A DNA stretch of 64,000 nucleotides from a candidate division WOR-3 bacterium. Lineage in GTDB: Bacteria; Hydrothermota; Tepidihabitantia; SM23-42. Below the pieces are notes generated by a model. The model was not told where the DNA came from. It made no database searches and was given only the letters and a program-made list of their open reading frames with translations. The stretch spans positions 10,637 through 74,636 of the forward strand of contig JAOUFJ010000002.1 in assembly GCA_029858255.1 (NCBI GenBank), read 5' to 3'. Below, piece after piece: positions 31,415 through 41,048 of the stretch (the first letter of the stretch is position 1; each line of letters starts with the position of its first letter). Both the position numbers and the translations under genes were made by a program.

Positions 31415-33609
31415 TGTTTTTCTTCTTCCTCTTGAGTTACACAGTAGCCGACATCGATGTCGAGGCCAAGTGGTCGGATCATCAATTGATAATCGAGTCG
31501 AGTGGCATCGAGGTCGGCAGTACGTTCGAAGATGTACAAATACGCGAAGCTATTGAAAACCTCTCAAAACTGCGGCTCTTCAATTTCATCGCGGTGGACA
31601 CGTCCATCGTGGGTGATGGAATATTCGTGAGAATCATCGTTGATGAAGCACCTTATTTGAAGGGTGTTCCTCAATTCACTGGCAATAAGAAAATAAAGGA
31701 CGGTGATTTGATCAAAAAGATAGAGCTCCGCGCCGGTCAGATACTCAATGACAAGACAATCTTTGATGCCCACAGCAAGATTCTCGAGCTCTACAAGGAA
31801 AAAAATTTCCATGAAACACAGGTCAGCGAAAGTCTGTCCGTCGATTCCCTGAACAAAGCGAAATTGTTCTTCGCCATAAGTGAAGGCATTGAACCGCGGA
31901 TCGGAAAGATAATAATCGAAGGTAACACGGCGATCATGGACAAGAAAATCAAAGGTAAGATGTCGACAAGAGAAGCCGGGTTTTTGAAATCGGGCAGGCT
32001 CATCAAGGAAAAACTAGACGAGGATATCGACAAAATAGCGGCACTCTACAAAGAAAACGGATTCCTCGACGTGGTAGTGCACGAACCCATCGTCGAAGTG
32101 AAGAACAATAGATTCATCATTACTATTGGCGTTGAAGAAAATCAGAAATACTATGTGGGTGAAATAACCTTTGAAGGAAACACATTATTCTCGGAGACCG
32201 TGCTGGAACGTGCAATGAAGCTTCATAGCGGTGACGTATATAACCTCGGCTTTGCTGAAGAGAGCATTCAGAATATGTACACCCTCTTTGCAGATGAGGG
32301 GTACATCTATTGCTCCATAGTACCGCTTGAGAACGTTCGCGACAGTATAATAGACATCGATTACGGGATCACCGAATCCTCACCGGCAAACGTCAAACTG
32401 GTCACCATTACTGGTAATAATCGGACCCGTGAAAAAGTCATCCGGAGGGAGATCATCACAATGCCCGGCCAGCGATATCGAAGGTCGGATGTCATCAGAA
32501 GTCAGCGCGAAATATTCAATCTCGGATTCTTCGAAGACATACAGATAATGCCAGGTAACCCCGACAGTGAAGGTAACATCGACATAATATACGATGTGAA
32601 GGAAAAAGAAGGCCTGGCTACCGTAGGCGCCGGAATTGCCTACTCTCCGCAGGATAAGGCAACAGGCTACGTCGAATTCTCCCATCCGAATCTCTTCGGT
32701 CGCGGGCAGCGCCTATACACAAAATTCGAACTGGGCGGAAGATTGACAAATATCCAGGTAGGTTTTACCGAACCGTGGTTGTTCGACACAAGAACCTCTG
32801 CGGGCATGGACGTATACTACGTGAATAGGTTGTACGAATACTACACAAAAAGAGACATTGGGTTTGCCACCCGCGTATCACTACCATTTTACCTCGATTA
32901 TACCAGATTCAGTTACGGTTTCAGAACTGAGAGAACGCAGATACTTGATATCGCCAGGTCCTACACTCCACCTTCGACAGGATACAGTCTGTATGATGAT
33001 ACCATACCCAAGTGGACGATCGCTAATTCTTTCTCGATCAGCAGGGACTCGCGCGATTACATATTCAATGCATCCAGCGGTTCGTATATTTCGCTCGGTG
33101 CCGAATTCGCCAAGAAGATTCTATATGCAAATATAGATTACAATCGATATACGATTGATGCCAGAGCTTACTTCCCGCTCATCTGGAAAATATCACTAAT
33201 GACACGTATCAGTGCTGGCGTTGTAACTAGCTCTGATGAAGTTCCGATCTACAAACGCTTCTACGCAGGTGGAATTGGCACCGATGGAGTGCGTGGCTAT
33301 CCCGACCGCTCGCTGTCACCCATCGAGGATGGAAGGGTTGTCGGCGGTAGTGCTGTCTTAGTAAACAACCTGGAATTGAAGCTCAAATTGTCCCAAGGGA
33401 TGGCATTCGTTCTCTTCTTCGATGCCGGAAACACTTTTACTTCTTACCGTGACATGAATCTTCATAACCTTTACCGTGGTGCGGGTGCGGGTATCAGAGT
33501 TGAAGTTCCGATGATCGGAGTCATGGGTTTTGATCTCGGCTACGGTTTCGACCGGGAAAATCCGGGTTTTGAACCGCATTTCCAGATAAACCCGTTTGGC
33601 ATGTTCTAG
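31411..33609 (+). CDS. bamA: outer-membrane protein assembly factor BamA (Omp85)
   Basis: 732 aa with POTRA repeats followed by a C-terminal surface-antigen (D15) beta-barrel ending ...NPFGMF. It overlaps the clpC stop (ATGA). Confidence 0.8.
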   Translation: MMFFFFLLSYTVADIDVEAKWSDHQLIIESSGIEVGSTFEDVQIREAIENLSKLRLFNFIAVDTSIVGDGIFVRIIVDEAPYLKGVPQFTGNKKIKDGDLIKKIELRAGQILNDKTIFDAHSKILELYKEKNFHETQVSESLSVDSLNKAKLFFAISEGIEPRIGKIIIEGNTAIMDKKIKGKMSTREAGFLKSGRLIKEKLDEDIDKIAALYKENGFLDVVVHEPIVEVKNNRFIITIGVEENQKYYVGEITFEGNTLFSETVLERAMKLHSGDVYNLGFAEESIQNMYTLFADEGYIYCSIVPLENVRDSIIDIDYGITESSPANVKLVTITGNNRTREKVIRREIITMPGQRYRRSDVIRSQREIFNLGFFEDIQIMPGNPDSEGNIDIIYDVKEKEGLATVGAGIAYSPQDKATGYVEFSHPNLFGRGQRLYTKFELGGRLTNIQVGFTEPWLFDTRTSAGMDVYYVNRLYEYYTKRDIGFATRVSLPFYLDYTRFSYGFRTERTQILDIARSYTPPSTGYSLYDDTIPKWTIANSFSISRDSRDYIFNASSGSYISLGAEFAKKILYANIDYNRYTIDARAYFPLIWKISLMTRISAGVVTSSDEVPIYKRFYAGGIGTDGVRGYPDRSLSPIEDGRVVGGSAVLVNNLELKLKLSQGMAFVLFFDAGNTFTSYRDMNLHNLYRGAGAGIRVEVPMIGVMGFDLGYGFDRENPGFEPHFQINPFGMF

Positions 33610-33739
33610 TATTGAAATACGGTATCATATACACTCGACGCGCGGCAATGCACTATCATCCAGGAGAGCATGGCAAAAAAGTAAGGCGTGGTGTCCTTTC
33701 TGTGGATGGTATGGAAAGATTATTCAATCTGGAGGACAG

Positions 33740-34684
33740 ATGAAGAAATTGCTTTTCCCGATACTTTTCTTGCTGAGTATCACGGTCGCAAGGGAGGTCA
33801 AGATTGGTCTCGTTAATGCTGAACGCGTTATGAATGAGTACCAGGCGACAGCAGCAGCAACGGCTGAGTTCAATCAATATGTTTTTACGTTCCGGGATTC
33901 GGCCTCGATATTGAAAAGAAAGATCGATGAGCTGAAATCTGAATTAGCGACGCAGGAGCTCCTCCTGTCCGAAGAGGCGAGACTGAGAAAAATTGATGAA
34001 ATCGAAGCATTGACAGAATCTTACAATCAGTTCCTTCAGAACATATTCGGTACACGTGGAAAGGTCGAACAAAAGAATGATGAGGTGATGGCTCCACTAC
34101 TTGAAAAGATCAACAACGCGATCACAAAAATCGCCGAGCAGGAGGGATTTGAAATCATCCTCGAGCTCTCTGAGGGTGTCTATTATGCACTGAGTGAACT
34201 AGACATCACCGATATGGTCATCAACGAGTTAAACCTTGAATACGGACCGACAACGCTGCCAACCGGTGAGATGAAGAAGGTCATCGTCATTTTTCCGTTC
34301 CGTGAAGAGAATCCTGAGGCGATAAATGCGGGGCTCAGTCAAGTATGCCAGGATGAATTGTACCGTACGATCAGGATTTTCAGCGGCCGGTATACAATTG
34401 TCGATAAAACCACGATCAACATGGAGATAGTGAAACGAGGATTGGGAGTGAACATTATAGACGATAATCAGGCTTATGAGCTCGGAACATCGATGCTGTG
34501 TGACTATATTATTACGGGAAGGGTGTCAAAGGTAAGTGCCAAGATCGAATATACGGTCATGATAAAGAACGTAAAAGAAAAGACGGAGATATCCCGGAGA
34601 ACAAGCAGCGTGACCGAATTGGTGAAACTCTACGAGGCGCTCAACAATGATCTGAGGGCGCTGCTCGATAAGATTCAACAGTGA
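33740..34684 (+). CDS. skp: OmpH/Skp periplasmic chaperone fused to an uncharacterised ~150-aa C-terminal domain
   Basis: Start ATG 33740 with a GGAGG RBS. It has a signal peptide and a Skp core (VKIGLVNAERVMNEY...coiled-coil arms...). Residues ~170-315 form an extra alpha/beta domain (KKVIVIFPFREENPEAINAGLSQVCQDELY...DYIITGRVSKV...) not found in canonical Skp. It is in the canonical bamA-skp position. Confidence 0.6.
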   Translation: MKKLLFPILFLLSITVAREVKIGLVNAERVMNEYQATAAATAEFNQYVFTFRDSASILKRKIDELKSELATQELLLSEEARLRKIDEIEALTESYNQFLQNIFGTRGKVEQKNDEVMAPLLEKINNAITKIAEQEGFEIILELSEGVYYALSELDITDMVINELNLEYGPTTLPTGEMKKVIVIFPFREENPEAINAGLSQVCQDELYRTIRIFSGRYTIVDKTTINMEIVKRGLGVNIIDDNQAYELGTSMLCDYIITGRVSKVSAKIEYTVMIKNVKEKTEISRRTSSVTELVKLYEALNNDLRALLDKIQQ

Positions 34685-34703
34685 TTTAACGATTCAAGAA
34701 CCA

Positions 34704-35156
34704 TCATCTGGGCTGTAGTCTCTTGACCTCTTTTATCATCTCCCTGATCTCGCGTTCGAATTCATCCTGGAATATCAGATACTTCGCCTGCTGGCTGGGT
34801 GTAAGCATAGTCCGGATCTCCCTCATTTTATCGATCTGGCGCTCTACTCTGTCCCTGAGAATCTTCTCGTAAGCACCCAGTGATTCCGTTATTTCATTAT
34901 CAGAAGCGCCGGTTCCGAGCAGCTCCTTGAGGTGAAGAAGTATTTCCCGCCGCTGCTCGCGAAATTCGTTGTCGATCTTGTGCAATTCATTCAACTTGGG
35001 AAAAAATTCGATCGCCTGTTCAGTGCTTAAATCGAGTTCCTTTGTCAGACGATAAATCCTAACTTTTTCGATTATTTCCCGGGGATCTCTGGAATCGCTT
35101 TCCTGACCGTGCGAAAATGCCACGAGAATCAGGGAAAAAACGATGAACGCCTTCAT
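34704..35156 (-). CDS. periplasmic LTXXQ-motif protein (Spy/CpxP-like stress chaperone family)
   Basis: ATG 35156 with an AGGAGG RBS. It has a signal peptide and a helical protein with the LTPSQQAKY (LTXXQ) motif. It is downstream of the ECF sigma/anti-sigma pair. Confidence 0.5.
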   Translation of the reverse strand: MKAFIVFSLILVAFSHGQESDSRDPREIIEKVRIYRLTKELDLSTEQAIEFFPKLNELHKIDNEFREQRREILLHLKELLGTGASDNEITESLGAYEKILRDRVERQIDKMREIRTMLTPSQQAKYLIFQDEFEREIREMIKEVKRLQPR

Positions 35157-35186
35157 ACTGCCTCCTATAATATGCCGGTACACATG

Positions 35187-35738
35187 CTATGTGCCGGACC
35201 GATACTTTCTATGTAACGCGATAATAAGTGCTTCCTCCTCTTCGCGGGTCAATTCATCGATTGCTTCTTCATAATCAGGCAACAGATGATCCTCTATTAG
35301 AGTGAGTTCTTTCACCATCTGTCTGTCCACGGTACCGGCGACGACAAGGCCAGCAATATCTTCATCTTCAATGAGTTCGGCAACAGGTATATTGAATTCA
35401 ACAGTGCCGTTACGGGGCCATAAGATTATCAGCAGTAGCGCGGCGGCGGCAAGAACAGGTATCAGGATTTCCGGCAGGAGCCGTGGCAGCCTGGATCTTG
35501 GCCGCGACAGCCATACCGTGTGACGGACGTTCGTTTTCATTCCCTCAAATACTTCAGCAGGATGCAGCGTAACGTTATCTGAATTCATCAAACCATATTG
35601 CCGTTTGATTTTTTCATATTCCCGCGTGCATTCCACACAACGCGAAAGATGATTAAACAACTCTTCACGCTCTCTCGAACCCAGCTGTTCTTCGAGGAGC
35701 TCGACCATCTGTTCGCGCGTCCGACCACAATCTCTCAT
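35187..35738 (-). CDS. anti-sigma factor, zf-HC2 type (RseA/ChrR-like), single-pass membrane protein
   Basis: N-terminal H..SRCVEC...C zinc-finger motif, a central TM helix LLPEILIPVLAAAALLLIILW and a periplasmic C-terminal domain. It lies immediately downstream of the ECF sigma gene. Confidence 0.6.
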   Translation of the reverse strand: MRDCGRTREQMVELLEEQLGSREREELFNHLSRCVECTREYEKIKRQYGLMNSDNVTLHPAEVFEGMKTNVRHTVWLSRPRSRLPRLLPEILIPVLAAAALLLIILWPRNGTVEFNIPVAELIEDEDIAGLVVAGTVDRQMVKELTLIEDHLLPDYEEAIDELTREEEEALIIALHRKYRSGT

Positions 35739-35748
35739 AGCCAGTCCT

Positions 35749-36256
35749 TTAAGTATGCCCGTAATTTCCGCACTGCGTGGTGATGATTAGCCTTTGCAGC
35801 ACCCTTGCTAATTTCCATGATCTCCCTATTCCTCCGAAAGTGTATCCCTCGTAGTGGCGAAGAATGAAAGTCATCCGCTGTCTTTCAGGCAACCTTTCGA
35901 GCGCTCTATCTATGGCTACCTTCATTTGTGTTCGCTCTCGCAGCGCGTCTGCAGGTACCTGATGCTCTCGACAGAGGCAATGCAAACCGCTCGCCTCTTT
36001 TAAACGAAATGCACGTGTTAACCGTGATCCTGTAGATCCATGTGAACAACCTAGCCCGTTCATTGAATTTAATGAGGTTTCTATAGACCTTGATAAGAAC
36101 CTCCTGATTGATGTCGCGCGCATCTGCTTCATTCCTTGTATATTTATAACATGTCCTATATACCGGGATCGGGTACTTCTCAACGATCGGGTCGAACACC
36201 TGTTCTTCGCCTCTCTTAGATATTCGAACCAGAATCTCATCGTCTTGGTCACTCAC
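35749..36256 (-). CDS. ECF (sigma-24/RpoE-type) RNA polymerase sigma factor, apparently disrupted by a 1-nt frameshift
   Basis: Region 2 (VFDPIVEKYPIPVYRTCYKYTRNEADARDINQEVLIKVYRNLIKF...LFTWIYRITVNTCIS) is in the frame of ORF 35906-36256. Region 4 (PADALRERTQMKVAIDRALERLPERQRMTFILRHYEGYTF) is in the frame of ORF 35749-36252. The shift lies near 35950-36000. Confidence 0.6.
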
Positions 36257-36347
36257 TTTATTGGACGCTTGAATTATGACAGCGGTTTAGAAAACCAACG
36301 GCAGTTGACTAACCTTAATCGTTGTACAGACGCGGGTTGGCTCTTAG

Positions 36348-36524
36348 CTACTCTTCTTCCTCGGTATAGGGCTCAAACTGGTCCTTCTCGGCACCGCATT
36401 CAGGACACACCCACTCATCCGGCAGATCCTCAAATGATGTACCGGCTTGAACGCCGTTGTCAGGATCACCAAATTCAGGATCATAGATGTATCCACATAC
36501 CGTGCATTGCCATTTGACTATCAT
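36348..36524 (-). CDS. rd: rubredoxin
   Basis: [51 protein letters not shown] carries both CxxCG knuckles. It has a GGGAGG RBS. The track start (a TTG 8 codons upstream) is unlikely. Confidence 0.85.
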   Translation of the reverse strand: MIVKWQCTVCGYIYDPEFGDPDNGVQAGTSFEDLPDEWVCPECGAEKDQFEPYTEEEE

Positions 36525-36572
36525 AAACCTCCCTTTTTGAACCTGCAAATTCTACAGAATAAGTCCAAGCTG

Positions 36573-37949
36573 TCAAGAGCTCAGCAATCCGGCATACAAC
36601 TGAGCATATTTCTTTGCCGACTCTTCCCAGGAGAAGTCATATTTCATGCAACTCTCGGACAGGCTCCTGTACTTCTCGGCTTGTCTGAAAACATCACGGG
36701 CAGTCTCCGCAGCACTGGCAAGCGCTCTGCCACTATATTCGGTGAAAAGAAATCCATTTCCAGACAAGTTCTCACTGTCGAATTCATGTACAGTATCAGC
36801 AAGCCCACCGGTACTGCGAACGATGGGCACGGTACCGTATCTCAAACTGATCAGCTGGCCCAATCCACACGGTTCGTATTTGGACGGCATGAGGAAAAAG
36901 TCACTCCCAGCATATATTCGATGCGCCAGTTTATTATCAAACTTGATGTTCACACACAAGCGACCATGATAGACGTCCTGGAGTTTAAGTAGTTTGTGAT
37001 GATATGATTCCTCACCAAAACCGAGAATGATCATATTGTAGCCCATCTTGATTATCTCATCCAGGGCACAGAGCAGGATGTCAAATCCCTTCTGGCCAGC
37101 GATCCGTGATACAACGCCGATGAGTGGTCTGTTTGTGTCTAGGCCATGATCGGAGCAAAGCCGCGATTTGTTGCGCTGTTTACCGTCGAAATCAACGTAT
37201 TGCTCATACAGAAGTTTATCCGAACTGGGATTCCATTGTTCGTAGTCAATTCCGTTAAGGATCCCGTGGAGATCGTTGGCACGTGTCCTCAGTACCCCGT
37301 CCAAACCAAAACCCAGTTCGGGGGTTTGTATTTCTCTGGCATAATTTGGTGAGACAGTCGTGACAGCATCAGCATATACAATACCCGCTTTGAGGAAATT
37401 CACATCACCGTAGAATTCCAAGCCTCCCGGCGAGAAGTATTTTTTCTCGATTCCCAGTATCGGGAACTTATCCTTGGAAAATTTCCCCTGATAGCCGAGA
37501 TTGTGGATGGTGAAAACGCTACGGGCTTTCAACCGCTTAGATTTCATATATAGCGGCACCAAACCCGATTGCCAGTCATGGCAATGAACTATGTCATAGG
37601 ATTCCCTTTCCAGCACCTTTAGAGCTGCTCTGCAGAAGAAAGTGAATCGTTCGCAATTGTCGGGAAAATCACCGCTGGAGTCACCGTACAGCCCATCTCG
37701 TGCGTAGAAATCTCTGTTGTCAATAAATATATAGTTATCCTGCCGGTAATAATCCACACGGTGGTCAACGGCCATTTTCAAATGCGCCGACCATTCCTTC
37801 TTTCCTCCGATGCCTTTGTAGCGTGGCAGGATGATCTGAGTGTCGATGCCTGAATTGACGAGTGAACGTGGTAATGCGCCCGCGACGTCGGCCAGACCGC
37901 CGGTCTTGGCAAAAGGTACCGCCTCAGATGCTATGAAAACGACCTTCAT
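36573..37949 (-). CDS. glgA: glycogen synthase (GT5, ADP-glucose type)
   Basis: 458 aa with the N-terminal MKVVFIASEAVPFAKTGGLADV motif and a GT-B C-terminal domain. Confidence 0.85.
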   Translation of the reverse strand: MKVVFIASEAVPFAKTGGLADVAGALPRSLVNSGIDTQIILPRYKGIGGKKEWSAHLKMAVDHRVDYYRQDNYIFIDNRDFYARDGLYGDSSGDFPDNCERFTFFCRAALKVLERESYDIVHCHDWQSGLVPLYMKSKRLKARSVFTIHNLGYQGKFSKDKFPILGIEKKYFSPGGLEFYGDVNFLKAGIVYADAVTTVSPNYAREIQTPELGFGLDGVLRTRANDLHGILNGIDYEQWNPSSDKLLYEQYVDFDGKQRNKSRLCSDHGLDTNRPLIGVVSRIAGQKGFDILLCALDEIIKMGYNMIILGFGEESYHHKLLKLQDVYHGRLCVNIKFDNKLAHRIYAGSDFFLMPSKYEPCGLGQLISLRYGTVPIVRSTGGLADTVHEFDSENLSGNGFLFTEYSGRALASAAETARDVFRQAEKYRSLSESCMKYDFSWEESAKKYAQLYAGLLSS

Positions 37950-37999
37950 TTTATATTTTGTTTTGAACGCTCAGAGATACCTCCAACAGCGGTCCCCGG

Positions 38000-39001
38000 T
38001 CAAATGATGTTCTTGAGATACGCCGCTGAATCCTCTGGACCGGTTGGGTTAATATAGAAACCTGTCCCCCATTCGAAACCCGCAATATGCGTGAGAACCG
38101 GAATGATCTCCAGGTGGTAATGATAGAAATCAATACCACCCATGGTTATTGGCACAGTATGGATGATATAGTTATAAGGTGGCGTATTGAGCGCTTTCTT
38201 CAGGCGCATTAGGCAATCCTTTAGAATAGCGGCCAAGTCCTTCAATTCTCCAGTTGTGGCATCTTCGAAATTGGAGCGATGGTTTCGCGGAAGTATCCAG
38301 CATTCAAAGGGAAATCGCGGGGCAAAGGGACATACGAGAATGAACGAGTTGTTTTCACTGATCAAACGCTTTCTCGCCTTTGTTTCCTGAACCACGATGT
38401 CACAGAAGATACAGCGCTCGCGGTATTCATAATACCTTTTTGCGCCGTCCATCTCTTCCATGACTCTCTTGGGGACAACTGGAGTCGCGATCAACTGCGA
38501 GTGACTATGCTCGAGCGAGGCACCTGCTGCAGCGCCAAAGTTCTTGAATACCATCACATAGCGGAGACGCTCGTCTCTTTTAAGGTCAAGTATTCGCTGC
38601 TGATAGGCATACACGACATCGCCGAATCCATTCAAATCCATGTCAGCCAGATCCTGCTCATGTACAGGTGTTTCGATGATGACCTCATGAGCTCCGATGC
38701 CATTCATACGGTCGTAAATCCCCTCGCCCCGTCTGTCGATCTCTCCTTCGATCCTCAGTGCAGGGAATTTGTTGGGTATAACACGCAGTTTCCAGCCAGG
38801 TGCATTAGGGGCCGAGTTATCCGTACGGATGGCGTATATTTCAGGCGGTGTCGCTGACTCATTACCAGGACAAAAAGGACATTCCTTCGGTGTTATTTTC
38901 TTAGATTCGGGGGAAAATTTGAAATCTTTTGGGCGCTTCGCGCGCTCGGTGGAAATTATTACCCAGCGACCTAAGACAGGATCTTTCCGTAGTTCTGGCA
39001 T
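38000..39001 (-). CDS. galT: galactose-1-phosphate uridylyltransferase family (HIT-like) protein, paralog 1
   Basis: 333 aa with a CPFCPGNE zinc site and the HSHSQ (HxHxQ) nucleophile motif. Confidence 0.7.
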   Translation of the reverse strand: MPELRKDPVLGRWVIISTERAKRPKDFKFSPESKKITPKECPFCPGNESATPPEIYAIRTDNSAPNAPGWKLRVIPNKFPALRIEGEIDRRGEGIYDRMNGIGAHEVIIETPVHEQDLADMDLNGFGDVVYAYQQRILDLKRDERLRYVMVFKNFGAAAGASLEHSHSQLIATPVVPKRVMEEMDGAKRYYEYRERCIFCDIVVQETKARKRLISENNSFILVCPFAPRFPFECWILPRNHRSNFEDATTGELKDLAAILKDCLMRLKKALNTPPYNYIIHTVPITMGGIDFYHYHLEIIPVLTHIAGFEWGTGFYINPTGPEDSAAYLKNII

Positions 39002-39009
39002 TAACCTCT

Positions 39010-40965
39010 TTACTCTTCGCTTTCTGTCTGTGGCTCCGGGGCTTCCTCTGGTTCGGGCAACAGGATTTGGATATCGGCCTCTTCTCTTATCTTATCGAGA
39101 AAACCAGCGGCGAGTTCACCCTGTTGCTGGCGCTTCATACGCGATTCGATGATATTTCTCACGTCGTCAAGGCTTCGGTAGTGTTCAGAAATGTGCTCGA
39201 CCATCTTTATGATAGTCCATGTATCTGCCTTGACGCTGAACACTTTGCTGATCTCACCTATCTTCAAGGAGAAGAGAATTTTGTCGTAATCCTCACCCAT
39301 CATGCCCCGGCGTATGAGTCCGGTCTCACCGCCGCGCACGCTCGATACTGCGGTTGAATACTCAGCGGCAAGCGAATCAAAGGATTCTGGGTTAGCAATG
39401 ACCTCTTCATGCACTTTTTCGGCAACTTCTTTTGAATCCAGTATTATCTCGTGGACGCGAGCAGATTCGGGCATCTTGAACTCTTCGATGTTTTCACTGT
39501 AATTTCTTTCTACCTCGGCAGAATCGATAACGATTGCATCGAGCACGACCTTCTGATATAAGCCCTGATCCATTGCGGTCTTCATAGCGTCTTTGAGTTG
39601 TGTAAAGTACCCATCGTGCAGAAAATACTTGTTACGCCAGGCCAATTCCATTCTCAGATCCTCATCAAAGATGATACCGAGCAATTCTTCAACCTTATCC
39701 GGACGGGAAAGGTCTAACCTGGCAAATCGAGGCGACATGTTTTCATTCCTCTGCGTGGCGTCATCCCAGGTTATCCTTCTGCCGTTTATTTCAGCTATTG
39801 TGACTCCTCTGCTTTGTTCGGTCGTGTCCTTCAGGACCGCGATGATCGAATCGTTAAATGTGGCTATTTTTGCCTTTTTCTTCAATCTCTTGGTGAAAGC
39901 TTCCTCTTCCCTTTCGATATTTTGCGTCCTGACCTGCGCTTCGATCTGCTTTTTGACTTCTTCAAAGTCACGGTAATGCTCAGGTTTGTGAGATGTAATG
40001 TAGTATATACCAAACTTCTCGTCGAAGGGAACGATTTTTGTCAGTGTATTGACTTCGGTATTGAAGATTACGGAATCAATACTCGCGTGTTTCCGGCCGG
40101 GGTAAACGATACCCATGTTGCCACCGTTACGGGCACTCGTTTCGGTTGAATACAGCTTGGCAAGCGTGTCGAAGCTTGCATTATCCTTGATAAGAGAATC
40201 AAGAAGGACCTGCGCAAGACTATCCGATTCGACGACAATCTCCCGCCCCATGACTTGTTCGCTGACGACGTACTTGTCTTTATTCTCTTCATAGTATTTT
40301 TTCATCTGTTTATCGGTCGGATTTGCCTTGCTGATCACTTCATAGGCACGCACCTCGTCCAGGAGGATGGTTCTGTTTCGATTATTAAAACTATTCTTGA
40401 AGAATTCTGTGTCCGTTATCTTGTTCTCAACCGCGCTGGCGAATATCAGGCGCTCCGTTATCATCTGCTCGAGTACTACCTTCTCATCGGGACGCGCAAA
40501 CTGACCGCCGCGTCCAGTTTTCTCATCCAATTCCAGACGTGTTATATTGTATCCATCTATGACCGCGACGTAATCCTGATAATTCTTCTTGAAACAACGT
40601 TCAACGCCATTCAATGAAAAAGAATCGAGTGGGGCTTTGCGGAAACGCGTCGCTACAATTTCATACATCCTCGCTGAGTTCAGATAATCTTCCAGTATCT
40701 CGAGAACCTGCGCCAAACGGTAATAGGCCCAACCGTCCTTGTGCTTGTAGTTATCAACGACGTCTTGATATATTTCTGCAGCTTTTTGAAAATCCAATAA
40801 TTTGCTGTAGTAAATATCACCCATCTCGAGCTTCCACTGATAGGGATCTTTGTTTTTCTGTATCCTTTCCTCGCAATATTGCAGTGCTGCTTCATAATCC
40901 TCATTCATTACCAGGTTAACATATTCCTGCGGTAGCGCGAAGAAAAGTATGAATAGCATGAGCAT
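39010..40965 (-). CDS. SurA/PpiD-like periplasmic peptidyl-prolyl isomerase with two parvulin domains
   Basis: 651 aa with an N-terminal signal/anchor and TPR-like region, a SurA_N-like segment, and two parvulin PPIase domains (ARNGGNMGIVYPGRKHASIDSVIF and SVRGGETGLIRRGMMGEDYDKILFSLKIGEISKVF). Confidence 0.6.
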   Translation of the reverse strand: MLMLFILFFALPQEYVNLVMNEDYEAALQYCEERIQKNKDPYQWKLEMGDIYYSKLLDFQKAAEIYQDVVDNYKHKDGWAYYRLAQVLEILEDYLNSARMYEIVATRFRKAPLDSFSLNGVERCFKKNYQDYVAVIDGYNITRLELDEKTGRGGQFARPDEKVVLEQMITERLIFASAVENKITDTEFFKNSFNNRNRTILLDEVRAYEVISKANPTDKQMKKYYEENKDKYVVSEQVMGREIVVESDSLAQVLLDSLIKDNASFDTLAKLYSTETSARNGGNMGIVYPGRKHASIDSVIFNTEVNTLTKIVPFDEKFGIYYITSHKPEHYRDFEEVKKQIEAQVRTQNIEREEEAFTKRLKKKAKIATFNDSIIAVLKDTTEQSRGVTIAEINGRRITWDDATQRNENMSPRFARLDLSRPDKVEELLGIIFDEDLRMELAWRNKYFLHDGYFTQLKDAMKTAMDQGLYQKVVLDAIVIDSAEVERNYSENIEEFKMPESARVHEIILDSKEVAEKVHEEVIANPESFDSLAAEYSTAVSSVRGGETGLIRRGMMGEDYDKILFSLKIGEISKVFSVKADTWTIIKMVEHISEHYRSLDDVRNIIESRMKRQQQGELAAGFLDKIREEADIQILLPEPEEAPEPQTESEE

Positions 40966-41048
40966 CTGGCCTCCTTTCTTGAGTGTCTATTTTACATAAA
41001 TATCAACCACTGTCAAGCGGCTAAAATTCACTTTACAAATCGCGGATT

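Noticed and set aside
29401-31539. Long antisense ORFs (29401-29901, 30088-30738, 30778-31539) opposite clpC
   Set aside because: They are Ser-rich and low-complexity, and lie antisense to a highly conserved clpC frame.
33596-33739. N-terminal 48-aa extension of the skp ORF
   Set aside because: There is no RBS. The internal ATG at 33740 has GGAGG at -9 and begins a classic signal peptide.
36245-36517. ORF 36245-36517(+), 90 aa
   Set aside because: It lies antisense to the rubredoxin gene, starts at TTG and has no motifs.
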